Shown: positions 19,503-31,608, counted from the first letter of the stretch. The stretch: DNA of 64,000 nucleotides from Treponema berlinense (GCA_052273165.1 DAVZIU010000004.1); one strand, 5' to 3'. Made by a program: numbers and translations. Notes: generated by a model not told the origin, from the letters alone.

Positions 19503-20345
19503 TTAATCGTATTCTTCTTTTTCTGATTCAGAAATTTCTTCATCAATTCCCGAAGAATTGCGCATATACTGCAAATACGAAATTCCTTCGTCGTTGCATT
19601 TTCTCATCAAATCCAGTTCTTTTGTTCCGAGTTCCAGGTCATAGGCAAGTTCCATATATTTTTCGCACTCGTCTTTTTCTCCAAGCTCATACAAAAACTG
19701 CGCATAATACGTGTAGACCATATATTTTTCACCAGGAGTGCGCGCGCCTTTTATACCGTTTTTGTAAAACTGCCTTGCTTTTTTGTTTGAGCCGATTGGA
19801 GGCGGAGCGTAAAAATTCCAGTTTCCAAGACAGGCATTTGCCGACGCCATAAATTCATCTTTTTTTAGCGCTTTTTTGTGCCAGTCCTTTACCTTAAAAC
19901 CCCAGTAAAAAGTGGCCGCAAGGGAGCTCGTCATATAGTAACTTGTCACATCGGCGGTCGAAACATAAAACCACTTGCTCAACTGCTCTTCGTTGCGCTT
20001 TTGCATCAATTCAAGGCAGTCATTCATCCGTTTTTTCATATTTTTGCGCAATTGGATGCGGTTTTCTTTTGTCAAAATTCTTGCGTATGCTTCCATAAAA
20101 TATAAATTTGCAAGAATCTGCTTTTCCTGCTCAAAATCCTTTGCAACGGCAGGAAGCACAATCATCGTTTCGTTTTCAATATTTTTTATGATTTCGACTG
20201 CAGTAAGGTCATCGTTCGATTTTAATTCGACACGAAGCGTAACAAATTCGTCGATTTTTTTCTGACAAAAATCCGAAATTTCATTTTCTGCAAAACAGGC
20301 GACAGCAAGACAAAAGATTGCAACGCAAATACAAAACTTTTTCAT
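19503..20345 (-). CDS. Secreted helical-repeat (TPR-like) hypothetical protein
   Basis: Signal-peptide-like N-terminus; TPR-like pattern in the C-terminal half. Confidence 0.65.
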   Translation of the reverse strand: MKKFCICVAIFCLAVACFAENEISDFCQKKIDEFVTLRVELKSNDDLTAVEIIKNIENETMIVLPAVAKDFEQEKQILANLYFMEAYARILTKENRIQLRKNMKKRMNDCLELMQKRNEEQLSKWFYVSTADVTSYYMTSSLAATFYWGFKVKDWHKKALKKDEFMASANACLGNWNFYAPPPIGSNKKARQFYKNGIKGARTPGEKYMVYTYYAQFLYELGEKDECEKYMELAYDLELGTKELDLMRKCNDEGISYLQYMRNSSGIDEEISESEKEEYD

Positions 20346-20537
20346 ATTTTAATTGTAAAATAACAAGGTCGATTTCCAGTAAAATAAAATACTGTATTCG
20401 TCCAAAAAATTTAAAAATGTTTTCCAAACTCCGACAAAAAAAGCCTCCAAAAAAGACAATCAGAGGCTTCGAGTAAATTTACTCAAATAAATAACATAAG
20501 TCCATAAAAAAAAGTTACATTTTGCAAAAGAATAATC

Positions 20538-20621
20538 TTAGCCCCGATCGTCGCGGAAAGACCGGACGAGCGGAGCGAAGGAGGACTTGCAGCAAGAGCG
20601 GCTAGACCGTACCTGCGCTCC
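20538..20621 (+). repeat. Structured intergenic repeat, family B
   Basis: Near-identical core to 62260-62345 (GGAAAGACCGGACGAGCGRAGCGAAGGAGGACTTGCAG). Confidence 0.85.
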
Positions 20622-20664
20622 AAAAGTCTAAAAAAATTCTTTAAAACGACCGATATAAATACAA

Positions 20665-21852
20665 ATGAAGCAGAATTTTTTATTTACGGCGGCAGTATCG
20701 GCAAGTCTTTTGATTTTTGCAGGCTGCTCAAAACAAAACAAGGCTACGATTTCTCAAATTCCAGAAAACACAAAACACCACAGTTGGTATTTTTTTACGG
20801 AAGATGGTTTTGAACAAACTTCTCTTCCGCAACAATCGGGGATTTCGAGTTTAAAACCCTGGACAGAAACTTTGCGTGCAAGTGATGCAAACACTGCGGC
20901 CGACAAAAGCGGCTATATGCTCGTAAACAGGCTTGGCGTAATTCACTTTGCAAAAAACGAAAGCCAGCAGGTTCAACCGGTTTTGATTCAAGATTACGAG
21001 CTTTTTTCCAATTCAACAGCTTCAAACCTGATTTTTGACAACGAAAATCCATATTTTACTTTGAGCCGCTCCTCTTTTTTTAACAAGGAAGCCTCTCTTT
21101 CCGAAAAAGGCAATGCTCAAGATTCAAACCGCCCGTTTTTGGTAAGAATTTCTCAGGAATTAAAGGCTTTTTATCCGATTGTTACCTACGGAGATTTAAG
21201 ACTTAGCGGTGGCGGAGAAATCACAGGAACTTTTTTTGACGGAAATTCATTTTTTTCTTCTATAAAAAAAATAAATAATTCTAAAACCGAATTTACCTAT
21301 ATAAATTTTTCCGCAACTTCTTCGCTCGAAAGCCTTTCTCCATTTACAAAAGACGAAAAAATTACGATTCAGGAAACTTCGGAAGAAAATTACAGGTTGC
21401 TTAATTCTCCGAAAAAATTTTCAGATTCACCAAAACGCCTGCGTTCGCTCCTGTCTTCAATTCCACAAACTTTTTCTTTTTCGGTTGAATGCAAAAACTC
21501 TGGCGGAACTTCTCCAAAAACTTTTATTTCTGGATATGATTTAGGATCGGAAAACGCAGAAAATTCTTTTCTTATAAACGCACACGCAATAATTGCAGAC
21601 GACTGGATTTGCGCTGTTTTTTCTGACGGAACAACATATTTTAACGGAGCCTTGGACGGTGAACCGATTTTGAACAACGGAAAAAACGCAGCATTCCGCC
21701 TTCCAAAACTTCCACAAAACTACATTTACGGTCCGTTCTGCATAAGCGGAACAACTCTTGCCGTTGCCTGGGAAGAAAGCGATTTTTACAAGACAGGTCG
21801 CTCTGGATTTTTGACGGTGGACTTAAAAAAGGTTTTGTACAATGAAAAATAA
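20665..21852 (+). CDS. Putative lipoprotein
   Basis: Hydrophobic leader with FAGC lipobox. Confidence 0.7.
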   Translation: MKQNFLFTAAVSASLLIFAGCSKQNKATISQIPENTKHHSWYFFTEDGFEQTSLPQQSGISSLKPWTETLRASDANTAADKSGYMLVNRLGVIHFAKNESQQVQPVLIQDYELFSNSTASNLIFDNENPYFTLSRSSFFNKEASLSEKGNAQDSNRPFLVRISQELKAFYPIVTYGDLRLSGGGEITGTFFDGNSFFSSIKKINNSKTEFTYINFSATSSLESLSPFTKDEKITIQETSEENYRLLNSPKKFSDSPKRLRSLLSSIPQTFSFSVECKNSGGTSPKTFISGYDLGSENAENSFLINAHAIIADDWICAVFSDGTTYFNGALDGEPILNNGKNAAFRLPKLPQNYIYGPFCISGTTLAVAWEESDFYKTGRSGFLTVDLKKVLYNEK

Positions 21853-22597
21853 AACAATTTACAAGAAATTTCCGTTCATTTTTTTATTTTTTTCGCTTTC
21901 TTTTTTTTGCTTCGGACAGACAGAACAAAATTTTCAAAAAGAGCAGGCAGAAGATAACGACAAAATCCTCACAAAAATTGAAAATTTCGAAAAAACAAAA
22001 ATAAAAATTCCAAAAAACCTGTTTTTCTTTACTCTCGGACCTTCGGTTTATGTAAATACAGACAGCAAAACCTCTCCAAGCCCAGTTTCGTTCGCAGGTG
22101 GAGCGGGATTTGACCTTTTTAACCACAAATTTTTGAATTTCCAGCCAAAACTCACTTTTTTTACAAATTATTATCTCTGGGACGGCGAATATGCGCGCCC
22201 TTCCGAAATCGAAAACAGAACAGCACTTGCGCTTTCGTTTTTATTAGATCTGAGCACGACTCATATTTTTCGTCTCGAAAAAGACATTTTTCAGTTTGGT
22301 GGCGGATTGGGATTTTTGGCTCGATTTTCCTTTCTTGCAAACGGCGTTAATTCAGACGACTCAGGCGGAGAAACAAATTCAACAGCGGGCGACGACGTAA
22401 AATCAATCAACCGCTGGTTCTACAAAAACTTAAATTTTCTCTATCCAAACTTAAATTTTTCCTGGCAACGTGCATTTACCAAAAACTATCTGGCCGGTCT
22501 GGAATCAAAAATCTACTTTCCGCTCGGCGCAATTTTGGACGGACGCACTTTTGACGCGGTAATTTTTTCGTTAGCAATAAAAATCAGTCCAAAATAA
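21842..22597 (+). CDS. Secreted protein, possibly a small outer-membrane beta-barrel
   Basis: Signal peptide; alternating aromatic/hydrophobic strands; overlaps the upstream stop. Confidence 0.55.
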   Translation: MKNKTIYKKFPFIFLFFSLSFFCFGQTEQNFQKEQAEDNDKILTKIENFEKTKIKIPKNLFFFTLGPSVYVNTDSKTSPSPVSFAGGAGFDLFNHKFLNFQPKLTFFTNYYLWDGEYARPSEIENRTALALSFLLDLSTTHIFRLEKDIFQFGGGLGFLARFSFLANGVNSDDSGGETNSTAGDDVKSINRWFYKNLNFLYPNLNFSWQRAFTKNYLAGLESKIYFPLGAILDGRTFDAVIFSLAIKISPK

Positions 22598-22600
22598 TCC

Positions 22601-22732
22601 GGGCGGTGCAGATTTTGAGCACTTGCACAAAATCTGCCGCTATGTCCGGGGTTTCATTCAAAAAAAATACCGCGGTTACAAACCGCGGTATTTTTTTTGA
22701 ACGGCTTACGCCGCCCCTACCAGCGCTACCGC
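22601..22732 (-). repeat. Structured repeat, family A, containing a bidirectional terminator
   Basis: GCGGT...ACCGCCC ends; central TTCAAAAAAAATACCGCGGTT/AACCGCGGTATTTTTTTTGAA hairpin between convergent genes. Confidence 0.65.
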
Positions 22733-22733
22733 A

Positions 22734-24488
22734 TTAAATCTCTGTTGAATGGGAATTTACTTTTTCCTGAACATAAGCAATAAAATCTTCAAGCTTCATT
22801 GTTTTTTGTTCAAGTCCGCTACTCTGACGGAAGCGTACGCTTACAGTTTTTTCGTTTTTTTCGTTTTCGCCAACAACAAGGATATAAGGAGTTTTGTGCT
22901 CTTTTGTAATCATCTTGATTTTCTGGCGCATATTTTCGTCAGAAGTATAAGCATTTGAACGAATATCTGCGCTAAGAAGCGCTTCGTTTACTTCTTTTGC
23001 ATAATCGTCAAATTCATTTTTTACAGGAACAACTGCTGCCTGTTCAAATGCAAGCCAAGTCGGGAAGTTTCCAGCAAAGTTTTCAATCAAAATTCCAAGG
23101 AAACGTTCAATTGAACCCAAAATAGCTCTGTGCAACATTACTGGATGATGTTTCTGGTTGTCAGAGCCAATGTAAGTTGCATCAAGGCGTTCTGCTGACG
23201 GCAACTGGAAATCCGCCTGAATCGTACCGCACTGCCATTCGCGTCCAAGACAGTCGTAAAGCTTAAATTCGAGTTTTGGACCGTAGAATGCGCCTTCTCC
23301 CGGCTGAATTTCGTAATTAAGGCCAGCTTCGTGGCAGGCATCGGACAACGCTTTTTCTGCACGCTGCCAGGTTGCAAGGTCGCCAACGTGATCTTCTGGC
23401 ATTGTTGAAAATTTTACAACTAAATCGTCAAATCCAAAGTCGTGATAAACTCTTTTAAGAAGTTTACAGAATTTTGCAACTTCTGCCGCAACCTGTTCTT
23501 CCGTACAAATAATATGAGCATCATCCTGAACAAAACCACGCACGCGCATAATTCCATGCAAAGTTCCAGAAGGTTCATTGCGCACGTCATGGCCAAATTC
23601 TGCAAGACGCATAGGCAAATCTTTGTAAGTGCGGAGACGGCTCTTAAAAATTTCGAGGGCACCAGGACAGTTCATTGGTTTGATTGCAAAAAGCCTTTTT
23701 TCTGACTCAGTAATAAACATATTGCGCTGGTAGTGTCCCCAGTGTCCAGAACGTTCCCAGAGAGTACGTGGCATAATTGCAGGAGTATTAACTTCCTGAT
23801 AGCCGTCGCGTCTTACCATTTTGCGCATATAATCCTGAATAACTGTGTAAGTTGTCCAGCCGTTCGGGTGCCAGAAAATCTGACCAGGATCTTCTGGTTC
23901 AAGATGGAATAAATCCATTTCTACTCCGAGTTTACGGTGGTCGCGTTTTTCTGCTTCTGCAAGCATTTCAAGATATTCTTTTAAATCGTTCGGTTTTTCA
24001 AAACAAAGCGCATAAACACGCGTAAGCATAGGACGGTCAGAATCTCCGCGCCAATACGCACCTGCAATTTTTTGAAGTTTAAAAGCCTGAGCATTGATTT
24101 CTTTTGTCGTAGCCACATGAGGACCACGGCAAAGGTCAATATAGCCGTCCTGTTCGTAAGTAGAAATTGTTGCATCCTGCGGCAAATCGTTGATAATTTC
24201 AACTTTATAAGGTTCGTCAGCAAAAATTTTCAAAGCTTCGTCTTTTGAAATTTCTTTGCGTACAAATTCTGCTCCGGAAGAAATGATTTTTCTCATTTCT
24301 TTTTCAACAGCAGCAAAATCATCTTCGGTTATTTTATGGTCTGTCGGAAAATCAAAATCGTAATAAAATCCGTTGTCGATTGCAGGACCAATTGCGATTT
24401 TTGTTCCAGGAAAAATATGTTTAACTGCTTCTGCCATTACATGCGCACATGAATGGCGAATAATCTGTAACTTTTCATTTTCTGCCAT
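22734..24488 (-). CDS. thrS: Threonine-tRNA ligase (short form lacking the N-terminal TGS domain)
   Basis: [47 protein letters not shown] 24488 after AGAGG. Confidence 0.96.
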   Translation of the reverse strand: MAENEKLQIIRHSCAHVMAEAVKHIFPGTKIAIGPAIDNGFYYDFDFPTDHKITEDDFAAVEKEMRKIISSGAEFVRKEISKDEALKIFADEPYKVEIINDLPQDATISTYEQDGYIDLCRGPHVATTKEINAQAFKLQKIAGAYWRGDSDRPMLTRVYALCFEKPNDLKEYLEMLAEAEKRDHRKLGVEMDLFHLEPEDPGQIFWHPNGWTTYTVIQDYMRKMVRRDGYQEVNTPAIMPRTLWERSGHWGHYQRNMFITESEKRLFAIKPMNCPGALEIFKSRLRTYKDLPMRLAEFGHDVRNEPSGTLHGIMRVRGFVQDDAHIICTEEQVAAEVAKFCKLLKRVYHDFGFDDLVVKFSTMPEDHVGDLATWQRAEKALSDACHEAGLNYEIQPGEGAFYGPKLEFKLYDCLGREWQCGTIQADFQLPSAERLDATYIGSDNQKHHPVMLHRAILGSIERFLGILIENFAGNFPTWLAFEQAAVVPVKNEFDDYAKEVNEALLSADIRSNAYTSDENMRQKIKMITKEHKTPYILVVGENEKNEKTVSVRFRQSSGLEQKTMKLEDFIAYVQEKVNSHSTEI

Positions 24489-24647
24489 AAAAATACCTCT
24501 TTGTATAAAGACCAATTTTTTTTATCTTTGCTTTATAGAATATCGCTTTGCGGACTTTGTTTCAACTTATAGCAATTTTTTGGCAGGTTTGCATTATACT
24601 ATTGTAGAAAGATTGTAGATTTCCGAAAAAAAGCCGATAATAGAACT

Positions 24648-26060
24648 ATGTCAGAGAAAAATTTTTCAGAACAGTTAATTGCCGCAATTGATAAAAAAAC
24701 GGATTGGTTCAACTCTCGAGAATTGCAAAATGTACTTGAACAGTACCGCCTCATGCACACTTGCGAAAAAACGCTCTATGAGTTTCTTTTAAAAAAATCT
24801 CTCATCACGCCTGATCCTTACAAAAACGACAAGAAAATTTCGGACATTGTTCCGCCAGAAAATTCTCCTTTTACAGACAACGAACGTTCAATGATTATAG
24901 GAATGAGACTTTCCGATTATGACAGCACGCTGGACTTTCTCTGCAACTATTACAAATTTTCAGTTTCAAATTTGCAGATTTCAAATATAAAAAAATTGAT
25001 TGATTTAAACAATGCAATCCAATGGAATTCATTCTCCGTAAATTCAACAAACATAAACACAAGGACAATTGCAACTATGCTTTTTAACGCAAAGCAGGGC
25101 GCAGATGCTTTAACCGTAAACATGATAAACGACAGCATCTCAAAAGCAGGCAAAGCAGTTCTTGCGATCAACAAAAGTTTAAAGGCGCTCACAGAATTTC
25201 AGCGAGAATTTTATAAAGGAAATATCCGCAAAAACGTAATGGCTAATCCTTCTTTCAATGCGGAAAAGGCAGCTTCAAGTCCTGACGACGAAAAAGTTCA
25301 AATTAAAAAACTTTTTCAAGCAACTATGGGAAAAATTCCGTATTACAATGAACTGATTGACGAAATTATTGCCGAAGATCATTCTCCCGACAAAGAAAAT
25401 CTTCAAAAAGCACTTTTAAAAAAACTCGAAGTTGAAAATTCCAGCGCTCAGGATTCAGAAGAAAAAATCGACACTAAATCAATTCTTTTGGTTGCGCTCA
25501 GAGTTTTTGGCGCAATGCCAGGTCAGATTTCACAGGCAAAAGAAAAAATCATAGAAAATCACGAAATTTTGGAAAGCGAACACAACTCTTTTTTTGAAAA
25601 GCTCAAAAAAGCGCTCCGAAAAGCATTTAATATAGAAGAAAAACCTGTTTTTTATCAGATTTCAATTACAGATCAGACAACGGACACAATTCGCCACGAA
25701 AAAATCGACTATCAACAATTTGTACGAGATCTAGAGCTACGCTCAAGAAGATACGCTTCGGCAGGAATAAGAAAAGCGCCTCTTTACGAGAAAATTGCCC
25801 AACAGAGCGAAGAGAAAATTCTTGAATATGTAAACCAGCAGATTCTTGAATGCAATAAAATGCTCAAAATTTTAAACGGACTCGACGAATTTTTCAAAAG
25901 CGCCCCTCTTCCACAAAACCGTTCAAAAATCAAAGGTTTAAAGATGGAAATTACGGCCTTAAAAAATTCAATCGTAAAAGCAAACCAGCGCCGCTCTGAA
26001 TACACGGCATACATCGAAGAAGAAGCTCAATTAAGAAAATTAGGAATTACAAATGCTTAA
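24648..26060 (+). CDS. Hypothetical helical protein (470 aa)
   Basis: Long ORF overlapping the next gene; no motif recognised. Confidence 0.75.
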   Translation: MSEKNFSEQLIAAIDKKTDWFNSRELQNVLEQYRLMHTCEKTLYEFLLKKSLITPDPYKNDKKISDIVPPENSPFTDNERSMIIGMRLSDYDSTLDFLCNYYKFSVSNLQISNIKKLIDLNNAIQWNSFSVNSTNINTRTIATMLFNAKQGADALTVNMINDSISKAGKAVLAINKSLKALTEFQREFYKGNIRKNVMANPSFNAEKAASSPDDEKVQIKKLFQATMGKIPYYNELIDEIIAEDHSPDKENLQKALLKKLEVENSSAQDSEEKIDTKSILLVALRVFGAMPGQISQAKEKIIENHEILESEHNSFFEKLKKALRKAFNIEEKPVFYQISITDQTTDTIRHEKIDYQQFVRDLELRSRRYASAGIRKAPLYEKIAQQSEEKILEYVNQQILECNKMLKILNGLDEFFKSAPLPQNRSKIKGLKMEITALKNSIVKANQRRSEYTAYIEEEAQLRKLGITNA

Positions 26061-27714
26061 AAAATTTTCAGCCACAGTTTTACTTACATTCGGCTTGTTT
26101 TCGTTCAATTTTGCACAAAATTTTCCGCAGAATCCACAAAATCAAGACAACGAAGATGAAGACATAGAAAAATTTATGAATGAATTTGAGCAAAATTCCG
26201 AAAACGAAGAAAAAACTCAAAAAAAATTCAACCCGGAAATTCAGCGGACTTTTATATTTTCTTCTCCAGTTTATCATTTAGATTTAAATCCGCACACATC
26301 AAGTTATTCTAACGAAGCGCAGATTATAAACGCACTGCAGGAAGGTCTTTTCTGCTACGACCCAAAAACCTTGGATCCAGTTTCGGCAATTGCTTCCGAA
26401 TACAGAATTTCCCGCGACAAAAAACGCTGGACTTTTACGATTCGGGACAACGCAAAGACAAGCGACGGCTCAAAAATAACCGCGCAAACCGTTGTTGACA
26501 GTTGGCTTCACCTTCAAAAAACGCCTGACGCACCTTATTCTTCGCTTTTGGACTGCATAAAAGGAATTAAAGATTACCGCGAAAATAAAATTGCAAAAGA
26601 AGAAATTGGCTTAAAGGCAAACGGCCAAAAATTGACGGTGATTTTAAATTCACCAACTGCCCATCTTCCACGGATTCTCTGCCACCACGCATTTTCTGTT
26701 TTTACAGGAAATTTGGAAGTTTTTTCGGGCGCATACGTTCTCAAAGAACAGGATAAAAATCAACTTGTCCTCGAAAAAAACAAAAATTACTGGGACGAAC
26801 AAAATGTGGCGATTGAACAAGTTATAATTAAAATTTCCGACGACAAAAAAGAAAATTCATGGTTTTTTAACACAGGGCGAACGGATTGGATAACAACTGC
26901 CTTCGACACAAATTCTCTCATAAATAAAAATGCAATAAGAATCAGCACCGTTTTTGGAACAACATATCTGTTTTTTACCTGCAAAAATCCAGTTTGGAAC
27001 AAGGTTGAATTTAGAAATGCGCTTTTAACGGCTGTTCCTTGGGATAAACTGCGTAGCGACAATTTAATTCAAGCATCAACCTTGGTTTACCCACTTTCTG
27101 GATATCCAGAAGTTGAAGGTTTAATCGATTACAACGAAGACGAAGCACTAGAATTGATGGAAGAAGCCCGTAAAAATTCAGAAATTGGACAAGACGAAAA
27201 ACTTCAGATTACTTTTGGAATTGCAGACAACGAATACATGAAAGGCCTTGCTGCGATTTTAAAAGAAGCATGGGCGCCACTTGGAGTTGAACTCGTAACA
27301 TTTAAAATTTCAGACGAACAATATCTTTCTAGCATTCCGTATTTAAACTATGATATTTTCAGTTATTCGTGGATTGGAGATTTTGCCGATCCGCTGGCTT
27401 TTCTGGAACTTTTCCGTGAAGGTTCAACCCTAAACCACACAAAATGGACAAATGAAAAATTCACCGAAAAACTAAAACTTGCAGACGAAGAAACTGACGG
27501 AGCAATGCGTTACAAAATTCTAGGACAGGCAGAACAAATTCTTCTTGACGACGGAATAGTTATGCCGATCAGCCACTCAATCAGTTTGCATGCAATAAAC
27601 CTAAACGAAATCGGCGGCTGGTATACAAATGCTCTCGATATTCATCCGTTAAAAAACATTTATTTTAAAGAAACCGTTTATGCCGTTCCGGACAACGTTG
27701 CAATTGCAAAATAA
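26053..27714 (+). CDS. Peptide ABC transporter substrate-binding protein (OppA-like)
   Basis: Signal peptide; LQEGLF, WTFTIRD, SDGSKITA, WIGDFADP, AEQILLDD. Confidence 0.85.
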   Translation: MLKKFSATVLLTFGLFSFNFAQNFPQNPQNQDNEDEDIEKFMNEFEQNSENEEKTQKKFNPEIQRTFIFSSPVYHLDLNPHTSSYSNEAQIINALQEGLFCYDPKTLDPVSAIASEYRISRDKKRWTFTIRDNAKTSDGSKITAQTVVDSWLHLQKTPDAPYSSLLDCIKGIKDYRENKIAKEEIGLKANGQKLTVILNSPTAHLPRILCHHAFSVFTGNLEVFSGAYVLKEQDKNQLVLEKNKNYWDEQNVAIEQVIIKISDDKKENSWFFNTGRTDWITTAFDTNSLINKNAIRISTVFGTTYLFFTCKNPVWNKVEFRNALLTAVPWDKLRSDNLIQASTLVYPLSGYPEVEGLIDYNEDEALELMEEARKNSEIGQDEKLQITFGIADNEYMKGLAAILKEAWAPLGVELVTFKISDEQYLSSIPYLNYDIFSYSWIGDFADPLAFLELFREGSTLNHTKWTNEKFTEKLKLADEETDGAMRYKILGQAEQILLDDGIVMPISHSISLHAINLNEIGGWYTNALDIHPLKNIYFKETVYAVPDNVAIAK

Positions 27715-27772
27715 AACAAGAGCGGACAAAAGGAACGCAAAGCGTTAAAAAAACTAATAATAGCATTTTTAA

Positions 27773-27801
27773 TTGAACAAAGTTTTTTACAAGTTTATAA
27801 T
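27773..27801 (+). promoter_or_regulatory. Sigma70-type promoter of ackA
   Basis: TTGAAC-N17-TATAAT. Confidence 0.65.
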
Positions 27802-27842
27802 TGCATTAGATTTTTTTTAATTCATTTTTAAGAGGAAAAACA

Positions 27843-29177
27843 ATGGTTATTCTTACATTGAACTGCGGTTCGTCTTCAGCCAAATATCAGGTTTACGACT
27901 GGGACAACAAAGACGTTTTAGCAACAGGAGTTGTAGAACGTGTTACAGCACCAGGCTCAGTTATTACACACAAGCCAAAAGGAAAAGACAAATTTGTTAA
28001 GGAAAGCCCTTGCCCAACACACAAGGAAGCAATCGAACTTATTCTCGATGCAATCACAGACAAAGATCACGGTGTTATCTCAGACATGAGCGTTATTGGA
28101 GCTGTAGGACACCGCGTTCTCCACGGCGGAGACAAATTTACAAAATCTGTAAAAGTTACTCCAGAGGTTTTGGACACATTCCGCTCTGTAATCGGTCTTG
28201 GACCTCTCCATATGCCTGCAAACATTATGGGAATCGAAGCGGCTCAGAAAGTTCTTCCTAATGTTCCTCACGTTGCAGTAATGGACACTGCATGGCACCA
28301 GACAATGCCACCTGCAAGCTATCGCTATGCTGTTCCAAAAGAATGGTATGAAAAATACGCAGCACGTCGCTATGGTTTCCACGGAACTTCTTTCCTCTAC
28401 ACAGCAAAACGCGCTTCTGTTCTCTTGCACAAAGCTCCAAAAGACACAAATGTAATCATCGCTCACGTTGGCAACGGCGCTTCTATGTGTGCTGTTAAAA
28501 ACGGTTGCTGTTTTGACACATCAATGGGAATCACTCCTATCGAAGGTCTTGTAATGGGAACTCGCACTGGCGACGTTGACGTTACTCTTCCATTCTACAT
28601 TATGCGTCAGACAGGAATGAGCGTTGAAGAAATGGACACTGCCCTTAACAAGAAATCAGGTCTTCTCGGTCTTACAGGGCTTTCTTCTGACCGTCGCGAC
28701 ATTGCAGACGCTGCAGAAAAAGGCAACAAAGACGCACAGCTCGCAGTTGACATGGAAGTTTACCGCCTAAAAAAATACTTTGGCGCTTACATGGCAGCAA
28801 TCGGTCCTGTTGACGCAATTGTTTACACAGCAGGTGTAGGCGAACACTCAGCACTGATTCGTGGTCGCGCTCTCGAAGGTCTTGAATGGATGGGAGTAAA
28901 AATCGATCCAGTTAAGAACCAGCTTGCAAACACAGGCAACGCCGAAACTTGCATTTCTACAGACGACTCAAAAGTAAAGGTTTTTGTAATTCCAACAGAC
29001 GAAGAACTCGTAATGACAGAAGACGCATTTGCAATTATGAACGGAACTTACGACGTTCACACAAACTTTACATATTCTTTCCAGGATCCTTCATACAAAA
29101 ACAAGGCTCGCGAAGCAGCACTCGTAAAAGAACTCGAAAAGAATCCTGACCTTGCAAAAATTATCGTTCGTCCGTAG
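27843..29177 (+). CDS. ackA: Acetate kinase
   Basis: [41 protein letters not shown]. Confidence 0.96.
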   Translation: MVILTLNCGSSSAKYQVYDWDNKDVLATGVVERVTAPGSVITHKPKGKDKFVKESPCPTHKEAIELILDAITDKDHGVISDMSVIGAVGHRVLHGGDKFTKSVKVTPEVLDTFRSVIGLGPLHMPANIMGIEAAQKVLPNVPHVAVMDTAWHQTMPPASYRYAVPKEWYEKYAARRYGFHGTSFLYTAKRASVLLHKAPKDTNVIIAHVGNGASMCAVKNGCCFDTSMGITPIEGLVMGTRTGDVDVTLPFYIMRQTGMSVEEMDTALNKKSGLLGLTGLSSDRRDIADAAEKGNKDAQLAVDMEVYRLKKYFGAYMAAIGPVDAIVYTAGVGEHSALIRGRALEGLEWMGVKIDPVKNQLANTGNAETCISTDDSKVKVFVIPTDEELVMTEDAFAIMNGTYDVHTNFTYSFQDPSYKNKAREAALVKELEKNPDLAKIIVRP

Positions 29178-29339
29178 CTTAATTTAAGTTTGCGTCCAAA
29201 ACGCATAATTTTTTGCTAAAAAAATGGCTGTCTGACAACTTGTGGCAATAAAAAAATACCCCTTTTACTTTTGTCCAGTAAAAGGGGTACATATCACAAT
29301 CAGACAGCCTTTTTTATAAAAAAGAAACGTTTTGCAAAT

Positions 29340-29963
29340 TTATCTCTGGCAAGAACCTTGACGGATTCTTTCTGCAACAAGCTCTCCGCAAAGAAGCTCA
29401 ACAAATTTCATTGCAAACTGTTCTGCAGTTCCAGGTCCACGCCCCGTAAGCACATTGTTATCTAAAACAAACGGAACATTTTTTATATGAGTTGAATTTT
29501 CGGTCAGTTCCTCAGCCTTAAGCGCACTCCCACACCATTTATCAAGTTCTTTTTCCATCTCCGGATAGCATGTCCATTTTCGGTTAGCCAGAATTCCAGT
29601 GGGAGCAAGAACAACGGCAGGAGCGGCACAGATTGCAGCAACAACTTTTCCACCGCGCGCCATTCTAATCGTAAAAGTAAACAAAAACTGATTGTCCGCC
29701 AAATTTTTTGCTCCAGGCATTCCTCCAGGAAAGTAAATGGCATCGGTCAATTCTCCGTTTAGTTTTTTTATGTAATCTTTAAGCAGAATATCCGCAATAA
29801 CAGGAATTCCATGACTGCCTTTTACAACAATCTGCTCATCAACACAGCCGTCTTCTGGCACGCTAACAGTCGTAACATTCTGACCAGCACGACGCAAATA
29901 ATCAACAACCGTCAGAGCTTCGATTTCTTCAAACCCTGGCGCAAGAAAAACAGAAATATTCAT
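29340..29963 (-). CDS. DJ-1/PfpI (YajL-like) family protein
   Basis: GFEEIE, PGGMPGA, AAICAAP, TGRGPGTA. Confidence 0.9.
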   Translation of the reverse strand: MNISVFLAPGFEEIEALTVVDYLRRAGQNVTTVSVPEDGCVDEQIVVKGSHGIPVIADILLKDYIKKLNGELTDAIYFPGGMPGAKNLADNQFLFTFTIRMARGGKVVAAICAAPAVVLAPTGILANRKWTCYPEMEKELDKWCGSALKAEELTENSTHIKNVPFVLDNNVLTGRGPGTAEQFAMKFVELLCGELVAERIRQGSCQR

Positions 29964-30087
29964 AGGTTCATTCTAACACAAAACAATTTTTACAGCAAAA
30001 CTCGTTCAAAAATTCTGTCAAAAAAAATCCCCAGAAAACTTCTGTATTCTGGGGAATATTCCATTTTTTTTAACTGAACTCTATTTT

Positions 30088-31608
30088 TTAGTTTTGTTCT
30101 GCGTCAGAAACAGGATTGTTCCAAAAATCGTATCCAATTGAATAGATGCGTTTTCCAGAGAAATAATCCGCCGTAAGTTTTACGATAATTCCGTTTAGAA
30201 CAAGGAGAGAAATAATATTTGGAATTGCCATAAGTCCGTTCACTATGTCGGCAATTGTCCAAACAGCGCTTACAGTCATATAAGGACCGCTAAAAATTGC
30301 GACAATATAAAGCCAGCGGTAGATTTTTACAGGAGTCATTCTTCCGTTAGAAAGATATTCGATACAGCGTTCCGAATAATAATCCCAACCCAAAATTGTC
30401 GTAAATGCAAACAAAACAAGGCAGACCATCAAAACAAACGAAATTACAACGCCAGGAATACGTGGAAGCAAGGCATGGAATGCAGCGTTTGTAATTGCAA
30501 ACCCTTGGAATTTTTCAGGATCGAGAATTTCAGGATTCAAGATTCCGCCGATTACAATTGTAAGACCTGTGATTGTACAGATTACGATTGTATCAAAGAA
30601 AGTTCCAGTCATAGAGATAATTCCCTGCTGAACCGCATAATCAACCTTAGCAGCAGAAGCGGCAATCGGAGCAGAACCAAGTCCGGCTTCGTTCGAGAAA
30701 ATACCGCGGGCAATACCTTTCTGCATTGCAACAATCATTGCACCGACAGCGCCACCAGCGGCAGCCTTAAAGCCAAATGCGCCCTGGAAAATTCTTTCAA
30801 AAGCTTCTGTAACATGAGAGATATTGCAAGAAACAGCAAGAACACCAAATACAAAATAAACAACAGCCATTACAGGAACAATTACAGCCGCAACATTTGA
30901 AATCCTTTTAAGCCCGCCAATGATTACGAGAGCAACCAAAATTGCAAGAACAATAGAAGCTATTACTACAACAACAGAATAGGTTCCAATTCCAGGAATT
31001 GAAACCGTAGCAAGCGCAGCTCCACCGACAAGAGTAGAAGAGAAAGTTTCAACAGCAGTTGTGATTGAATTTACCTGGCTGAAAGTTCCGATTCCAAACA
31101 GACCAACCATAGTTCCGAAGATTGCAAACAAAATTGCGAGAACTTTTCCAAGACGAGGGAATTTTGCGCCAACGCCCTTTTCACAAGTGTAGAAAGGACC
31201 TCCGAGAATATGACCGTCAGGCTTTTCTTCGCGGAAATGAATAGCAAGAAGACATTCAGAATATTTTGTAGCCATTCCCAAAAGCGCAGCAAGCCACATC
31301 CAAAAAAGCGCACCAGGACCACCAAGAGCAATGGCGGTAGCAACACCGACAATGTTTCCAGTTCCAATTGTTGCAGAAAGTGCAGTACAAAGGCTCTTAA
31401 AAGAAGAAAGTTCTCCGCCTTCTTTTGAATCAGGTTTGCGGAAAATCGATTTAATTGCAAACTTGAGTTGAGAGAACTGAACGCCTCTGAGCCTGATTGT
31501 CAAAAAGATGCCGGTTGCAAGAATCAGAATTATGAGAGGAAGTCCCCACACAAAACCGTCAATAGCATCTAAAACTGAATTGATTTTTGTGAACACCGAT
31601 GAAGTCAT
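30088..31608 (-). CDS. Alanine/glycine:cation symporter (AGCS)
   Basis: IGTGNIVGVA, GGPGALFWMW, RGIFSNEAGLGS; ATG 31608 after AAGGAG. Confidence 0.93.
   Translation of the reverse strand: MTSSVFTKINSVLDAIDGFVWGLPLIILILATGIFLTIRLRGVQFSQLKFAIKSIFRKPDSKEGGELSSFKSLCTALSATIGTGNIVGVATAIALGGPGALFWMWLAALLGMATKYSECLLAIHFREEKPDGHILGGPFYTCEKGVGAKFPRLGKVLAILFAIFGTMVGLFGIGTFSQVNSITTAVETFSSTLVGGAALATVSIPGIGTYSVVVVIASIVLAILVALVIIGGLKRISNVAAVIVPVMAVVYFVFGVLAVSCNISHVTEAFERIFQGAFGFKAAAGGAVGAMIVAMQKGIARGIFSNEAGLGSAPIAASAAKVDYAVQQGIISMTGTFFDTIVICTITGLTIVIGGILNPEILDPEKFQGFAITNAAFHALLPRIPGVVISFVLMVCLVLFAFTTILGWDYYSERCIEYLSNGRMTPVKIYRWLYIVAIFSGPYMTVSAVWTIADIVNGLMAIPNIISLLVLNGIIVKLTADYFSGKRIYSIGYDFWNNPVSDAEQN

Noticed and set aside
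24633..24640. Perfect sigma28 -10 element GCCGATAA
   Set aside because: No TAAA at the correct spacing; a sigma70 TTGTAG-N17-GATAAT reading fits better, though sigma28 is not excluded.
24489..24647. T-box upstream of thrS
   Set aside because: The spacer is short and has no GGTGGNACC T-box or terminator.
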